Of a stretch of 64,000 bases of DNA, positions 29,968-39,608 are shown in pieces. The translations under genes were made by a program, and so were the position numbers. The stretch lies in the NCBI GenBank assembly GCA_945877035.1, contig CAMCQH010000003.1, positions 326 to 64,325 of the forward strand. Direction: 5' to 3'. The notes below the pieces were generated by a model. The model saw only the letters and a program-made list of their open reading frames with translations. It had not been told where the DNA came from and did not search any database. The DNA comes from an uncultured Clostridium sp. Its GTDB lineage: Bacteria > Bacillota > Clostridia > TANB77 > CAG-508. Within the stretch, counting starts at the first letter, position 1; the number at the start of each line of letters is the position of its first letter.

Positions 29968-30363
29968 TTAACTCTCCTCCTTTAAATCGTGATTGAAATA
30001 CCTAATTGGCTTTTTTCTCTTCTTCGCAACAGATATTTCTCGTTTCATTCCTTCTGTAATGACATCACCAAAAACCCACACTTCTTTACAAAGCCCTAAA
30101 AGAACATAGTTGATTTTGTGAATCGCAATGTTTCTTTCAAACAGGTCATCGTCATTAATGAATTGCGGGTATAAAAGATGTGGTGTTATTGGTATGTTTT
30201 TCTTTTCAAATGTGAACCTACTATACTCTCTAGCCTTTCGAGTATTCTCCTCTATGTTTCCTCTATATGGAGAACATACATACACAAGTGGGTAGAACTC
30301 ATCAGTTAGATTGAATTTGTTTAGTAAATCTTTATAATCAAGAATCTCTCCGTCACTTGCCAT
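29968..30363 (-). CDS. DUF4406 / nucleoside deoxyribosyltransferase-like protein
   Basis: VYVCSPYRGNIEENTRKAREYSRF...ITPHLLYPQF...VWVFGDVITEGMKREI. Start at ATG 30363, behind AAAGGAGG. Confidence 0.45.
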   Translation of the reverse strand: MASDGEILDYKDLLNKFNLTDEFYPLVYVCSPYRGNIEENTRKAREYSRFTFEKKNIPITPHLLYPQFINDDDLFERNIAIHKINYVLLGLCKEVWVFGDVITEGMKREISVAKKRKKPIRYFNHDLKEES

Positions 30364-30449
30364 TATTCTTGCCTCCTTTCTTTGGTTTTGGAGAAACACC
30401 TTCTCCTAAATAACAGTCAAAGAAAAAAGGCTATATTTTAGCCTCTCGT

Positions 30450-32438
30450 TTAATCTTTTTTATAAAATTCACATTCATACCCGTCAGCTCTTAAAAGTAA
30501 GCCTTTAATCCAAGGAGGGGTTTCTCCCATTTGTTCACATACCTTTTCAAGCGACATCTCTTTACTACATTCAATTATCATTTCATCATGGACGTGTCCT
30601 ACTATAAAACAATAAGATAACCTTTGCATTGCATAACACAAGATGTCTCTACTAATGGCTTGTATAATGTTTTCTACAAACTTTGGACCGTAACTTTCTA
30701 ATCGTTCCCACTTTTTAGTAGCACCTACACCTTCATATGTTACACTTTCTGATCCATATTGATTAATTTCAATCTTAGGTTTTACATAGGCTAGTCTTCT
30801 ACCACTTGGTAATTCAATAAAGAGCATCCCACTTTTATAAATAAACTTTAATCCATGAGTTTCAGTTTTAGTTCTATTTCTAACTGCAGTTTTTATTGCT
30901 TTATCTACTGCCCACCACATTTCCACGATGTGTGGATTTGCCTCTCTCCAGGATTTAACAAGAGGTTCTAATTCCTCTTCTTGAAGTCCCATATCAATGG
31001 CTCCCATTGCTTTCAAAGCTCCAACAGAACCACCATAACCACAGGCAAGTTCTGCAATTTTTCCTTTTTGTCTTAGATGTCCATTTACTCCATGTTTTTC
31101 AACTGGCACTTTGAACATAGCAGACGCTGACTGACAATAGATGTCGCCGTTGTTTGCAAACACATCCATCCTCCACTTTTCATTTGCTAGGAAAGATAAA
31201 ACTCTAGCTTCAATCGCAGAAAAGTCTGCTACTATAAACTTCATACCTTTTCTTGGAACAAATGCTGTACGGATAAGTTGAGATAAGGTATCTGGAACGT
31301 CATATAAAGTTTCAAAAGCATTATAGTCGCCATACTTAACAAGCTCTCTTGCATCTTTTAAATCTTCTATATGGTTTTGTGGTAGGTTCTGCAGTTGTAT
31401 AATCCTTCCTGCCCATCTTCCTGTTCTATTAGCACCATAGAATTGAAACATACCTCTAGCACGATTACACCAGCAACCTGCATTCTTCATGGCTAGATAT
31501 TTCTTTACTGAAGATTTAGATATTTGTTGCCTTAGTTCTAAAACTTCAGCTATTTCTTTTGGTGCATCTTTTATCATTTCAGCCACTTGCTTTTTACCAA
31601 GTGACTCTGCCTCAACTCCATTATTGTTGAGCCATTCTTTCATTTGCATGACTGAGTTTGGATTTTCTATGTTGGTTAGGGTTTGTAGTTTTTCTGATGT
31701 TTCTTGCTTTGCTATTTCATCAAACTTTATAGCATTTTCTACAAGCTCCATATCAAGCCCAATTCCTCTATCATTTATTTCTTGATCCAAGTGATACTCA
31801 TCCCATAAGAACTCTGGCACAGGATAACTTTGTAATCTTTCCTGGATAGATACTTCAACTTCAACATCTCGCTTATTATACTTTTTGAAAAGCTCCCATT
31901 TAGTCATATCATGCTCTGGTAGGTTTCTTGTTCTACCTCCATTTGTTTTTGTTGGATTACAAGGAACACAAAAGTACTTGATTAAATCTTTACCCTCTTT
32001 TAGTTTTTGTTCTTCTAATCCTAATACAGCACCAACTCCTGCAAGTGACAAAGGAAGTCCTAAATAAGCCGACCATATCATAGAACATCTCCAAGAACTA
32101 GGGTCTAAAAACTCATTAACTGTGTCCTCATCAATGCTATAAGATATAAAGTATTCAGGGTAATATCTTGAAATATAGCGAGATAAACACACTCTTTCAA
32201 AGTTAGCATTATAAGCCCACTTGGTTACTTTATCATCAGCAAGTGCCGATATTATTTCTAATGATATCTTTTCTCCTAAAGCTAAATCAACAACTTGTAC
32301 CTCTTCATGATTTATGGAATATGCAAATAGTAATATTTCAAATTTCTCTGATTCAGAGTATTTGTAGACACCACACTTCGATAGGTCGATGTCAGAAAAT
32401 GTTTCTATATCAATAGAGATTGTTTTAATTTCTCTCAT
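30450..32438 (-). CDS. Family A DNA polymerase with 3'-5' exonuclease domain
   Basis: Exo I ISIDIETFS; motif A IVADFSAIEARV; motif B RQKGKIAELACGYGGS; motif C VGHVHDE. Confidence 0.9.
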   Translation of the reverse strand: MREIKTISIDIETFSDIDLSKCGVYKYSESEKFEILLFAYSINHEEVQVVDLALGEKISLEIISALADDKVTKWAYNANFERVCLSRYISRYYPEYFISYSIDEDTVNEFLDPSSWRCSMIWSAYLGLPLSLAGVGAVLGLEEQKLKEGKDLIKYFCVPCNPTKTNGGRTRNLPEHDMTKWELFKKYNKRDVEVEVSIQERLQSYPVPEFLWDEYHLDQEINDRGIGLDMELVENAIKFDEIAKQETSEKLQTLTNIENPNSVMQMKEWLNNNGVEAESLGKKQVAEMIKDAPKEIAEVLELRQQISKSSVKKYLAMKNAGCWCNRARGMFQFYGANRTGRWAGRIIQLQNLPQNHIEDLKDARELVKYGDYNAFETLYDVPDTLSQLIRTAFVPRKGMKFIVADFSAIEARVLSFLANEKWRMDVFANNGDIYCQSASAMFKVPVEKHGVNGHLRQKGKIAELACGYGGSVGALKAMGAIDMGLQEEELEPLVKSWREANPHIVEMWWAVDKAIKTAVRNRTKTETHGLKFIYKSGMLFIELPSGRRLAYVKPKIEINQYGSESVTYEGVGATKKWERLESYGPKFVENIIQAISRDILCYAMQRLSYCFIVGHVHDEMIIECSKEMSLEKVCEQMGETPPWIKGLLLRADGYECEFYKKD

Positions 32439-32488
32439 TGCTTTACCTCCTATTATGATAAAAGCGGTAGCTTTACTACCGCCTTATC

Positions 32489-32677
32489 TTATTTCATAAA
32501 TTCTCTCATTCTTGCTTTGTGGTATTCTTCATCTCTTTTTTCTTGTTTAGTTCTTCTTTTTTCTGTGTTTACATCAGATGATAATGAAAACAAAGAACTT
32601 AGAACAAAAAGGAACATTAGAGTAATAAACTCAATACCTACAATTACACAGAATATTGTTGATAAAACGTTAATCAT
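32489..32677 (-). CDS. Small membrane protein
   Basis: One strongly hydrophobic N-terminal segment and a basic tail. Confidence 0.35.
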   Translation of the reverse strand: MINVLSTIFCVIVGIEFITLMFLFVLSSLFSLSSDVNTEKRRTKQEKRDEEYHKARMREFMK

Positions 32678-32689
32678 CTTTTTATCCTC

Positions 32690-33253
32690 CTATTCTAAAA
32701 AGTCATCTTCATCGCTAGTTGCGAAGTCGTCTTCAGCCCTTGATTTTCCACCAAGACTTTCTCCGTCTTTTATTTTTTGTAAGTTATTTAATCCACAGGC
32801 AATACCTTTATTACCATTGGAATTAAAAGCATATAGGTTTATACTTGCTCGTCCATACACTCCACTATAAACTTCAGAGCGTTCTAAAATAGGTTGAAGA
32901 GCTGCATCTACGATACCTGGTGCTTTTGGAGAATTTGCATTTATAAAGTAACATCCTTTATATGCCTCGTCATCTGGTCTTTCTAAATCTCCATCACGAA
33001 GTGGTGTCTTAATTGCTTGTAATGCTGGTACACTTTTTCCTGTTCCTTTTAATTTACTTTCTCCTTCTTTATATGCTACTTCAATCGCCTTTTTAATCTT
33101 CTCAACTGTTACTGTGTCAGTTTTTGGAATTATTAATGACACGCTGTATTTTGGTGTTCCTCCATTGATAGATTTTGGCTCCCACACATTGCAGTAGCTC
33201 CATCTTGTATTTACTCCTGTTATTACTTTTGTCGAATTAAAACTATTATTCAT
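32690..33253 (-). CDS. DUF2815 (SSB-like) protein
   Basis: VITGVNTRWSYCNVWEPKSINGGTPKYSVSLIIPKTD and an acidic C-terminal tail DDFATSDEDDFLE. Confidence 0.7.
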   Translation of the reverse strand: MNNSFNSTKVITGVNTRWSYCNVWEPKSINGGTPKYSVSLIIPKTDTVTVEKIKKAIEVAYKEGESKLKGTGKSVPALQAIKTPLRDGDLERPDDEAYKGCYFINANSPKAPGIVDAALQPILERSEVYSGVYGRASINLYAFNSNGNKGIACGLNNLQKIKDGESLGGKSRAEDDFATSDEDDFLE

Positions 33254-34382
33254 AATTATTTTCCTCTCTTTCCTCTTTAAAATCATTTATTTGCATGGCT
33301 GGTCTTTTATCGCTTTCCAGTACAAGCGTTGGTTTGCCTTGAGGTTTATAAATTAAGTTCCCTAAAACCTCATTAAATTTTGTTCTTCCTAGAAGATTAG
33401 TCATTGCTGTAATTCCTAGAACTTTCTTTTCGTAAGGATCATATCCTGCATTTGTAACTGCTGTTGCTACTTCTTCTTCATTTAAGTATTTTCGATTAGA
33501 ACGTCCTTCCACCAGTTTCAAATTAGGATAACTCTTTCCGAGTAAGGCTTGATTTAAAGCATAATCTTTTACATCAGATACCCAAGATACCAAATCACTT
33601 GATTTAATAAGAATTGATGATATCTCTTCATCTGTTAATTCAGCAGGTTCTTCAAAATCATATTTTGCAAGTTCCATATTGTATTCAGCTCTCTTTCTAC
33701 AAGTTGCTTTTATCTTGCAAAACTGACAGTGGTCTCCTGCTTTGAACTCGCCTTTTCCTTCGTAGGCAAGTTCTGCTATTGGTTTTAGTGTATTTTCTGC
33801 CCAACTATATAACTCTGTAACACTCATGGTTGAAACACTGATGTTTTCTATTCTTGGCTGATAAATCACCATGCACACTTCTTCAATGTCATATAAGCTG
33901 TTAAATAGTTCTAGAGCTCCAATTGCGTAGCACATCATTTGTGAATTATCTTCGCTCTCAACTTCTACACCTTTACCATATTTAAAATCAATTATATAAA
34001 GTTTCTTGTCTGCTATAATTAAGCAATCTCCTGTTCCAAATCCCTCTGGAACAAACCTTGAAAAGTCTAGCCTTTGTTCTATTAAAACAAGTGGGTCTTT
34101 ACAATAGCTCTTTGCCTCTTCTATAACTTCCATGACATAACTTGCATAATCATTAGCACAGCGTTCCATCTCTTCATTATAGTAAGATAAACTATCGGTA
34201 GGATCTTGCATTTCAATTCCTAGCATTGACTTAACTTTATACTCACAAAGTGTGTGTGCATCAGTTCCTTCTCTCGCATATTCAGATGTTGTATCTTCTA
34301 CCTCTGCACATAACTTTGCTGAAGGAGGACAATTGAGCCATCGCTTACTACTAGATGCTGATAATATTGCATGACTGCTCAT
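33246..34382 (-). CDS. DUF2800 PD-(D/E)xK (Cas4-like) nuclease
   Basis: N-terminal WLNCPPS, core GDCLII...LYIIDFKYGKG, and C-terminal Cys cluster CQFCKIKATC. Confidence 0.75.
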   Translation of the reverse strand: MSSHAILSASSSKRWLNCPPSAKLCAEVEDTTSEYAREGTDAHTLCEYKVKSMLGIEMQDPTDSLSYYNEEMERCANDYASYVMEVIEEAKSYCKDPLVLIEQRLDFSRFVPEGFGTGDCLIIADKKLYIIDFKYGKGVEVESEDNSQMMCYAIGALELFNSLYDIEEVCMVIYQPRIENISVSTMSVTELYSWAENTLKPIAELAYEGKGEFKAGDHCQFCKIKATCRKRAEYNMELAKYDFEEPAELTDEEISSILIKSSDLVSWVSDVKDYALNQALLGKSYPNLKLVEGRSNRKYLNEEEVATAVTNAGYDPYEKKVLGITAMTNLLGRTKFNEVLGNLIYKPQGKPTLVLESDKRPAMQINDFKEEREENNYE

Positions 34383-34383
34383 A

Positions 34384-34719
34384 TTAAATTCCCTCCGTTT
34401 CTTTCAATAACTCATCATATTTTGATGCGTCTAATTCAGATAATTTGTTAACTCCAAATTTAGTAAGTAACCCTTTTACTTCTGCTGTTTTACCTGCTCT
34501 AGATTTTTCTGCTAAAATTGCTCTTACTTCTTCTAAAGTTACAGACTTTTTAATTTCTTTAGGTTTTTCTGGAGAACTTGAAAATGCTGATTCAATAGTT
34601 CCTACAATATCGTTGATTGTTGTTATGATGTCGCTAACTGTAGAAAGTATTTCACTTAATTTATTAGTATTCTTTCTTAGTTCTTCTAGTTCTAAAGATA
34701 AATTATTCATCTTGCCCAT
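34384..34719 (-). CDS. Hypothetical phage protein
   Basis: 111 aa, helical. Assigned by position in the replication module. Confidence 0.4.
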   Translation of the reverse strand: MGKMNNLSLELEELRKNTNKLSEILSTVSDIITTINDIVGTIESAFSSSPEKPKEIKKSVTLEEVRAILAEKSRAGKTAEVKGLLTKFGVNKLSELDASKYDELLKETEGI

Positions 34720-34921
34720 CGGTACTTCCTCCTTCCTTTATTTCTTTGACATCAACGGATTGTACTGACTGACCAGGGTCTAATAAAAATACTTGTCTAT
34801 AATCTCCAAATAGAAATTTGATGATTTTCTGTGGCAAAGTTAATTGACCACCTCGCAGTACTTTCACATTGTTGCCTTTTTCATCAGTTACGTTGATTGT
34901 GACCTTATGCTTTATAGCCAT
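34703..34921 (-). CDS. Hypothetical phage protein
   Basis: 72 aa, overlaps the next gene. Confidence 0.35.
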   Translation of the reverse strand: MAIKHKVTINVTDEKGNNVKVLRGGQLTLPQKIIKFLFGDYRQVFLLDPGQSVQSVDVKEIKEGGSTDGQDE

Positions 34922-34993
34922 TCCCGTGATCCTCCCTTCGTATTTGTAAGTTCACTGCCTTACAAGTACTAGGCAAAGAATTTTTTATCTTTT

Positions 34994-35530
34994 TTAACCT
35001 CTCTTGAAATTTTCTTTTATAAACTTCAAAATTTTTTCTTTGTGCTTATGCACACTTGGTATAGAAGTTCCCATAATTGCGGCTACTTCAGTAAGTGAAT
35101 AACCTTCTAGGAAATGAAGTTCATATACTCTTTGTTGTTTTTCAGTCATCATTGAAACAACTTCTCTTAATCTATCTACTTCATCTGATGTATCTTCTAC
35201 AGCAGTTGTATTATCTGCAAGATAGATACACTTATCTTGGTTTCCATCTTCGTCAAAGATTGAATCAATAGATATGTTCCATATTTCTTGATACTTTTCG
35301 CCTGGATGTCTCTCTTCCCATTCCTTAATATCTTGTTTTTCTTTTTCAGATATGGGTCTATGCCAATTCTTATGATTGTAATAAACTTCTGAGTCATCCA
35401 AAGAATGTAGCTTCTTGATGAACTCCTCTGTTACTCCATCCTCTCCTGTCTTGATTGTGATTTTAGTTTCATCGTCAAAGATGTAGGTATAAGTACCTCT
35501 ATTTTCTTGTTTTGTTTTATGACTTTTCAT
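34994..35530 (-). CDS. Sigma-70 family (region 4) protein, first gene of the phage minus-strand block
   Basis: QQRVYELHFLEGYSLTEVAAIMGTSIPSVHKHKEKI. RBS AAGGAAGGGAGG. Confidence 0.7.
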   Translation of the reverse strand: MKSHKTKQENRGTYTYIFDDETKITIKTGEDGVTEEFIKKLHSLDDSEVYYNHKNWHRPISEKEKQDIKEWEERHPGEKYQEIWNISIDSIFDEDGNQDKCIYLADNTTAVEDTSDEVDRLREVVSMMTEKQQRVYELHFLEGYSLTEVAAIMGTSIPSVHKHKEKILKFIKENFKRG

Positions 35531-35580
35531 TTAAAAGTCCTCCCTTCCTTTTGCCTGTTGTTTCAGTGCAGAAGGAAAGG

Positions 35581-35615
35581 AAAAAAGAGTCCGTGCTTTT
35601 TTAGTACACGGACTC
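35581..35615 (-). terminator. Intrinsic-terminator-like hairpin in the leader of the sigma-like gene
   Basis: Stem GAGTCCGTG (35587-35595) pairs with CACGGACTC (35607-35615). It is followed on the minus strand by TTTTTT (plus A6, 35581-35586). Confidence 0.55.
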
Positions 35616-35836
35616 CTACTGCCTAATTTAGGGTGCAATAAAGAGAGGGTACTAAAAATAAGCATTCTTACCTTTATGGGTATTAAATAGCTTTTATTCG
35701 TATCCTTCTGCCCTATTGCAAACTCAGGCATCAAAACATTAAATTTATAAAAAGCAAAAAGTTATTCGTTTTTGTATTTTTTTTATGCGATTGCATATTT
35801 TTTTTATACAAAAGCATGGTTTTCTTCATAATTTTC

Positions 35837-35845
35837 TGATATAAT
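35837..35845 (+). promoter_or_regulatory. Extended -10 promoter candidate for the plus-strand island operon
   Basis: TGATATAAT, about 155 nt upstream of ATG 36000. The -35 is weak. Confidence 0.4.
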
Positions 35846-35999
35846 ATTTTCATCAATTTAAAAATCATATCGTGCTATCTATGAAGTACTTCTTTCTGCT
35901 TTTTACACTTAAGATTTTAACAGCTTTGCTATAAAATCTCTGGTAGTCATGGGTAGTCTTCGGGATGTATCGGTAAAACAAGAAATGAGGGGATTATTA

Positions 36000-36821
36000 A
36001 TGACTTTTTCAATATTTGCTAATGTATTAAAACCAATCATTGGTGGTTCAGACAACACAGTTGAATTTACTAGAAAACTCTTTATAGCTATGATTGGAGA
36101 AGATAACTCTACAGTAATTGAAAATAAATCAGATGATAGTTTTAAAGCCTATTACAATGGAAGATCAACAATAAATGGAATAGCTAGAGAAATATCTCCT
36201 GTTGCTGACCTAGAGAACTTTGTATCCTTCCTTGATAATTTTGGAGACTCAGTTTCAGAGAAATTTTGTGAAGCCTTTTCTGGATACATTAATGAAATAG
36301 ACTTACAAAATGTTAATTACAAAATAGCAAGTTGCTTTGATGAAATCATAAAAAAAGCAGCAGCAACTCAAAGAAAAAGCCCATCTAATAAAGATGAGCA
36401 ACTTAATATTCCTATTGAGCATACTGCTACTAGCAATCCTTATACGGAAAAGGATAATAAATTACTTACTGAATTTAATTCAGATTATGAAGAAATCGTG
36501 CTTACTTTAATTGGTGGAGATTATGCATCCCATCTAGTAGATATGAGTATTCCTAACCAGATTAAAAAACTATATCAGGAGAAATGGAAAGAAAAATCTA
36601 ATGATTTTATAAATCCAACACTAAAATCAGATATATTTGGAATTTTAGGAACTCTAGATGAATTAAGTACAAGTTTCATTTCATGTAATTCAAATACAAG
36701 TGTAATCAAAAGTCAAAGAATAAAAATAAGAAATTTATATGTTAAACTTCATCCAGAAAAATATGACAAAAACATCCCATATGATGTTTTGTTAGATGAT
36801 TGGAATGATAGTGATTTTTAG
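36000..36821 (+). CDS. Uncharacterised 273-aa protein (partner of the helicase fusion)
   Basis: Start set at ATG 36000, behind GAGGGGA. No motif or family recognised. 15-nt gap to the next gene. Confidence 0.6.
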   Translation: MTFSIFANVLKPIIGGSDNTVEFTRKLFIAMIGEDNSTVIENKSDDSFKAYYNGRSTINGIAREISPVADLENFVSFLDNFGDSVSEKFCEAFSGYINEIDLQNVNYKIASCFDEIIKKAAATQRKSPSNKDEQLNIPIEHTATSNPYTEKDNKLLTEFNSDYEEIVLTLIGGDYASHLVDMSIPNQIKKLYQEKWKEKSNDFINPTLKSDIFGILGTLDELSTSFISCNSNTSVIKSQRIKIRNLYVKLHPEKYDKNIPYDVLLDDWNDSDF

Positions 36822-36836
36822 AAAGGATGATAATAA

Positions 36837-39596
36837 ATGCCAACAATTGATAGTTCTATAAAAAGAATAGATAGTGTTATATGTAGACACTTAGATGAAA
36901 TCGAAGACTCTTCTCGTGGTGCAATTTCACAAGATATATTAGAACAACTAATAAAATTCATTAATCATGTAATGCTTAAGTTTTATGCCAATGGCAAAGA
37001 AATCGACATTAACGAAGAAAATTTAACTAAGGCAATCGAGTATTGCCAAGTAAATAGTGACCTATATACCCTATATAAGTTTCGTAACTATCTACAAGTT
37101 GTAACTACGCAATACACTTTAGATGAAGATGGATCAGAACGTTTAATGTTAAAGTATTATCAGTACTTACTAGAAACCAAAAATCTTCTTAGTCAACACT
37201 TTGGTATTGAGGTACTGCATAATTTAGATAAATTTCCTTTACATTTAGATGATACCCTACAGGAATACTATAAAAAAATTGCAGAAAAAATAGAACATCA
37301 TCCTGCAGCATTACACACAGATAGTAAAGATAAATATTATATCCAAAAAATCAAACCTCTATTTGTAGATAGAAAGATATATTATGAAGTTACATTTACT
37401 CCAATTGATGACAGGAAGAACAAATCTAAGACAAACAGAGTTATTGCTTTTACAAAACTTCCAGTCAAAAGTAACTATGCATCTAAATTTCACCTTATAA
37501 ATGAAACTATCGAAATATTAGGCAAAACAATGCCTATCATCGTTATTGATGGTTGGGAAGTTTCAATAAGAGATTGTGAATTTCAAAATTTCATATCAAT
37601 AATAAATGGAGATAAAATAAAAGTAGGTTATCCAGAACAACGATTAATTTGTGAATTTCTTACTAAAACAAAATACACCTTAAATAATCTAATAGACTTT
37701 CCAGATGCTGCATATAATGATATTACTCTCAAATGGAAAAGTAGCCTTAAAAATCCTATATTTATTCCAATATTAGATTATTGCAGAAATTTAATATTAA
37801 GTGGCAAGAGTGGAAAAAATATATTAAGATACCTACTTTATAATATGAATAATGTCATAATAAAAAGTCAATATTCGTCAGGATACTATAGTAAATATTA
37901 TGAAGAATGGGTTAAAGCTCCAAACAGCTATCTATCTAACTTGTATTTAGATATTGGTAGTAAGCAATTTGATGACTTACCATTTAATCGCTCTCCTCTT
38001 GGACATAATCCAAAATTATCTGCAATATTTGAGTGCATTCCTTGTAATGGTAATCGTCATGAATTATTTGCAAGATTTATAGAAAATAATACAGAAGGCA
38101 AAGGACAATTATTCACTGATATTAGTGAATTGGAAAATTACCCTGATTATCCAGAGCTTATAAAAACATATAATGAAAATCTTTACTCTGGTCATAGACC
38201 TGAAGGTGATTTAATGCTAGAACATAATCAAGTATTTATAAATGATTATAAGCTAGATACTTGCACCATAATTAAAAGATTACAAGAATTAGCTGAATCT
38301 GGTATAGAAAACTATAGTGCTGATGTTGACTTCTGGCTACTCTTTGATGGTTATGAAATTGATTGTGATGAAAAGAAAGATATTATTAGACAGATATTTT
38401 CTGATTCAAAAGTTGGTGTAATATATGGTTCTGCCGGTGTAGGAAAATCCACATTAATAAACCATGTTTCACACTTTCTAAACGATGAGCCTAAACTATA
38501 TTTAACTCAAACAAATCCAGCAAAAGAAAACTTGATTAGAAAAATTGATGCAGAAAATACTACTTTTTCTACAATCGAAAGTTTTAAGCACCAAACTTCT
38601 TCAATTGATTATAAATTATTGGTCATTGATGAATGTAGTACTGTCAGCAATAAAGATATGGTTGAAATACTACAAAAAGCAAATTTTGAAATGCTTTTAT
38701 TAGTTGGAGATACTTATCAAATTGATGCAATACAATTTGGAAACTGGTTCTCAGTACTAAAGGCGTTCTTACCCGAAACTGCTGTTTTTGAACTAAAAAA
38801 ACCTCATAGAACTAAAAACAAACATCTGCTAGAGCTTTGGGATAAAGTTAGATGCATGGATGATACAGCTAAGGAAGTAATTGAAAGAGAAAGTTATTCT
38901 CTAAAAGTAGATGAAACATTACTTTCTTCACTTGAACCTGGCGAGGCAATTCTATGCCTTAATTATGATGGACTATACGGTATAAATAATATTAATAGGT
39001 TCTTGCAAGAAAGTAATCCAAACCCAGCAGTTACTTGGGATGTTCAACAATATAAAGTTGGCGATCCTATACTATTTCTTGATTCAGATAGATTTAGACC
39101 AGTCATATATAACAATATGAAAGGAATAATCCGTGACGTAAAAGTCGTTGATGTAGATACCCCTACTGAACGCATCCGATTTGATATTGAAATTCCTAAA
39201 TTAATATATGAAAGAGATACGTTTGGTACAGGTCTTGACCTTCTTGAAAATAATGAGGAAGAAGAGAAATCTCTTATTAGATTTTATGTACGTAAACTTA
39301 AAAGTGCTGATGAAGAAGGAGAAGATTTTGGAACTATAGTTCCATTTCAAGTTGCTTATGCAGTTTCCATACATAAAGCACAAGGATTAGAGTTTGAATC
39401 CGTCAAAATAGTAGTAACTGATGAAGTTGAGGAATTAGTAACGCATAATGTTTTCTATACTGCTATAACAAGAGCAAGAGAAAAACTAAAAATCTACTGG
39501 ACACCAGAAGTAGAAGAAAAAGTTATAAATAGAATTAAACCTAGGGACATAAGTAAAGATGTTGAAATTTTAAAAAACTATATTGATAAAAAATAA
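36837..39596 (+). CDS. 919-aa protein: about 530-aa uncharacterised N-terminal region + RecD/Dda-like SF1B helicase
   Basis: Walker A VIYGSAGVGKSTLINH, Walker B LLVIDECSTVSN, motif III LLLVGDTYQIDAIQFGNWF, and C-terminal AYAVSIHKAQGLEFESVKIV...FYTAITRAREKLKIY (AAA_30/UvrD_C_2 type). I recognise nothing in the N-terminal half. Confidence 0.8.
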   Translation: MPTIDSSIKRIDSVICRHLDEIEDSSRGAISQDILEQLIKFINHVMLKFYANGKEIDINEENLTKAIEYCQVNSDLYTLYKFRNYLQVVTTQYTLDEDGSERLMLKYYQYLLETKNLLSQHFGIEVLHNLDKFPLHLDDTLQEYYKKIAEKIEHHPAALHTDSKDKYYIQKIKPLFVDRKIYYEVTFTPIDDRKNKSKTNRVIAFTKLPVKSNYASKFHLINETIEILGKTMPIIVIDGWEVSIRDCEFQNFISIINGDKIKVGYPEQRLICEFLTKTKYTLNNLIDFPDAAYNDITLKWKSSLKNPIFIPILDYCRNLILSGKSGKNILRYLLYNMNNVIIKSQYSSGYYSKYYEEWVKAPNSYLSNLYLDIGSKQFDDLPFNRSPLGHNPKLSAIFECIPCNGNRHELFARFIENNTEGKGQLFTDISELENYPDYPELIKTYNENLYSGHRPEGDLMLEHNQVFINDYKLDTCTIIKRLQELAESGIENYSADVDFWLLFDGYEIDCDEKKDIIRQIFSDSKVGVIYGSAGVGKSTLINHVSHFLNDEPKLYLTQTNPAKENLIRKIDAENTTFSTIESFKHQTSSIDYKLLVIDECSTVSNKDMVEILQKANFEMLLLVGDTYQIDAIQFGNWFSVLKAFLPETAVFELKKPHRTKNKHLLELWDKVRCMDDTAKEVIERESYSLKVDETLLSSLEPGEAILCLNYDGLYGINNINRFLQESNPNPAVTWDVQQYKVGDPILFLDSDRFRPVIYNNMKGIIRDVKVVDVDTPTERIRFDIEIPKLIYERDTFGTGLDLLENNEEEEKSLIRFYVRKLKSADEEGEDFGTIVPFQVAYAVSIHKAQGLEFESVKIVVTDEVEELVTHNVFYTAITRAREKLKIYWTPEVEEKVINRIKPRDISKDVEILKNYIDKK

Positions 39597-39608
39597 GGAG
39601 GTTAATTT

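Noticed and set aside
35531-35734. 67-aa minus-strand ORF upstream of the sigma-like gene
   Set aside because: It has no RBS, spans the terminator and anti-RBS hairpins, and its composition is not protein-like. Treated as leader/regulatory RNA.
36837-39596. Interpreting the 919-aa helicase fusion as a conjugative relaxase-helicase (TraA/TrwC-like) or as Hachiman, Gabija or DISARM/BREX components
   Set aside because: There is no HUH/relaxase histidine triad in the N-terminal half and no transfer genes nearby. The helicase is SF1B rather than the SF2 type of HamB or DrmA. No OLD nuclease, PglZ, DUF1998 or PLD partner is present.
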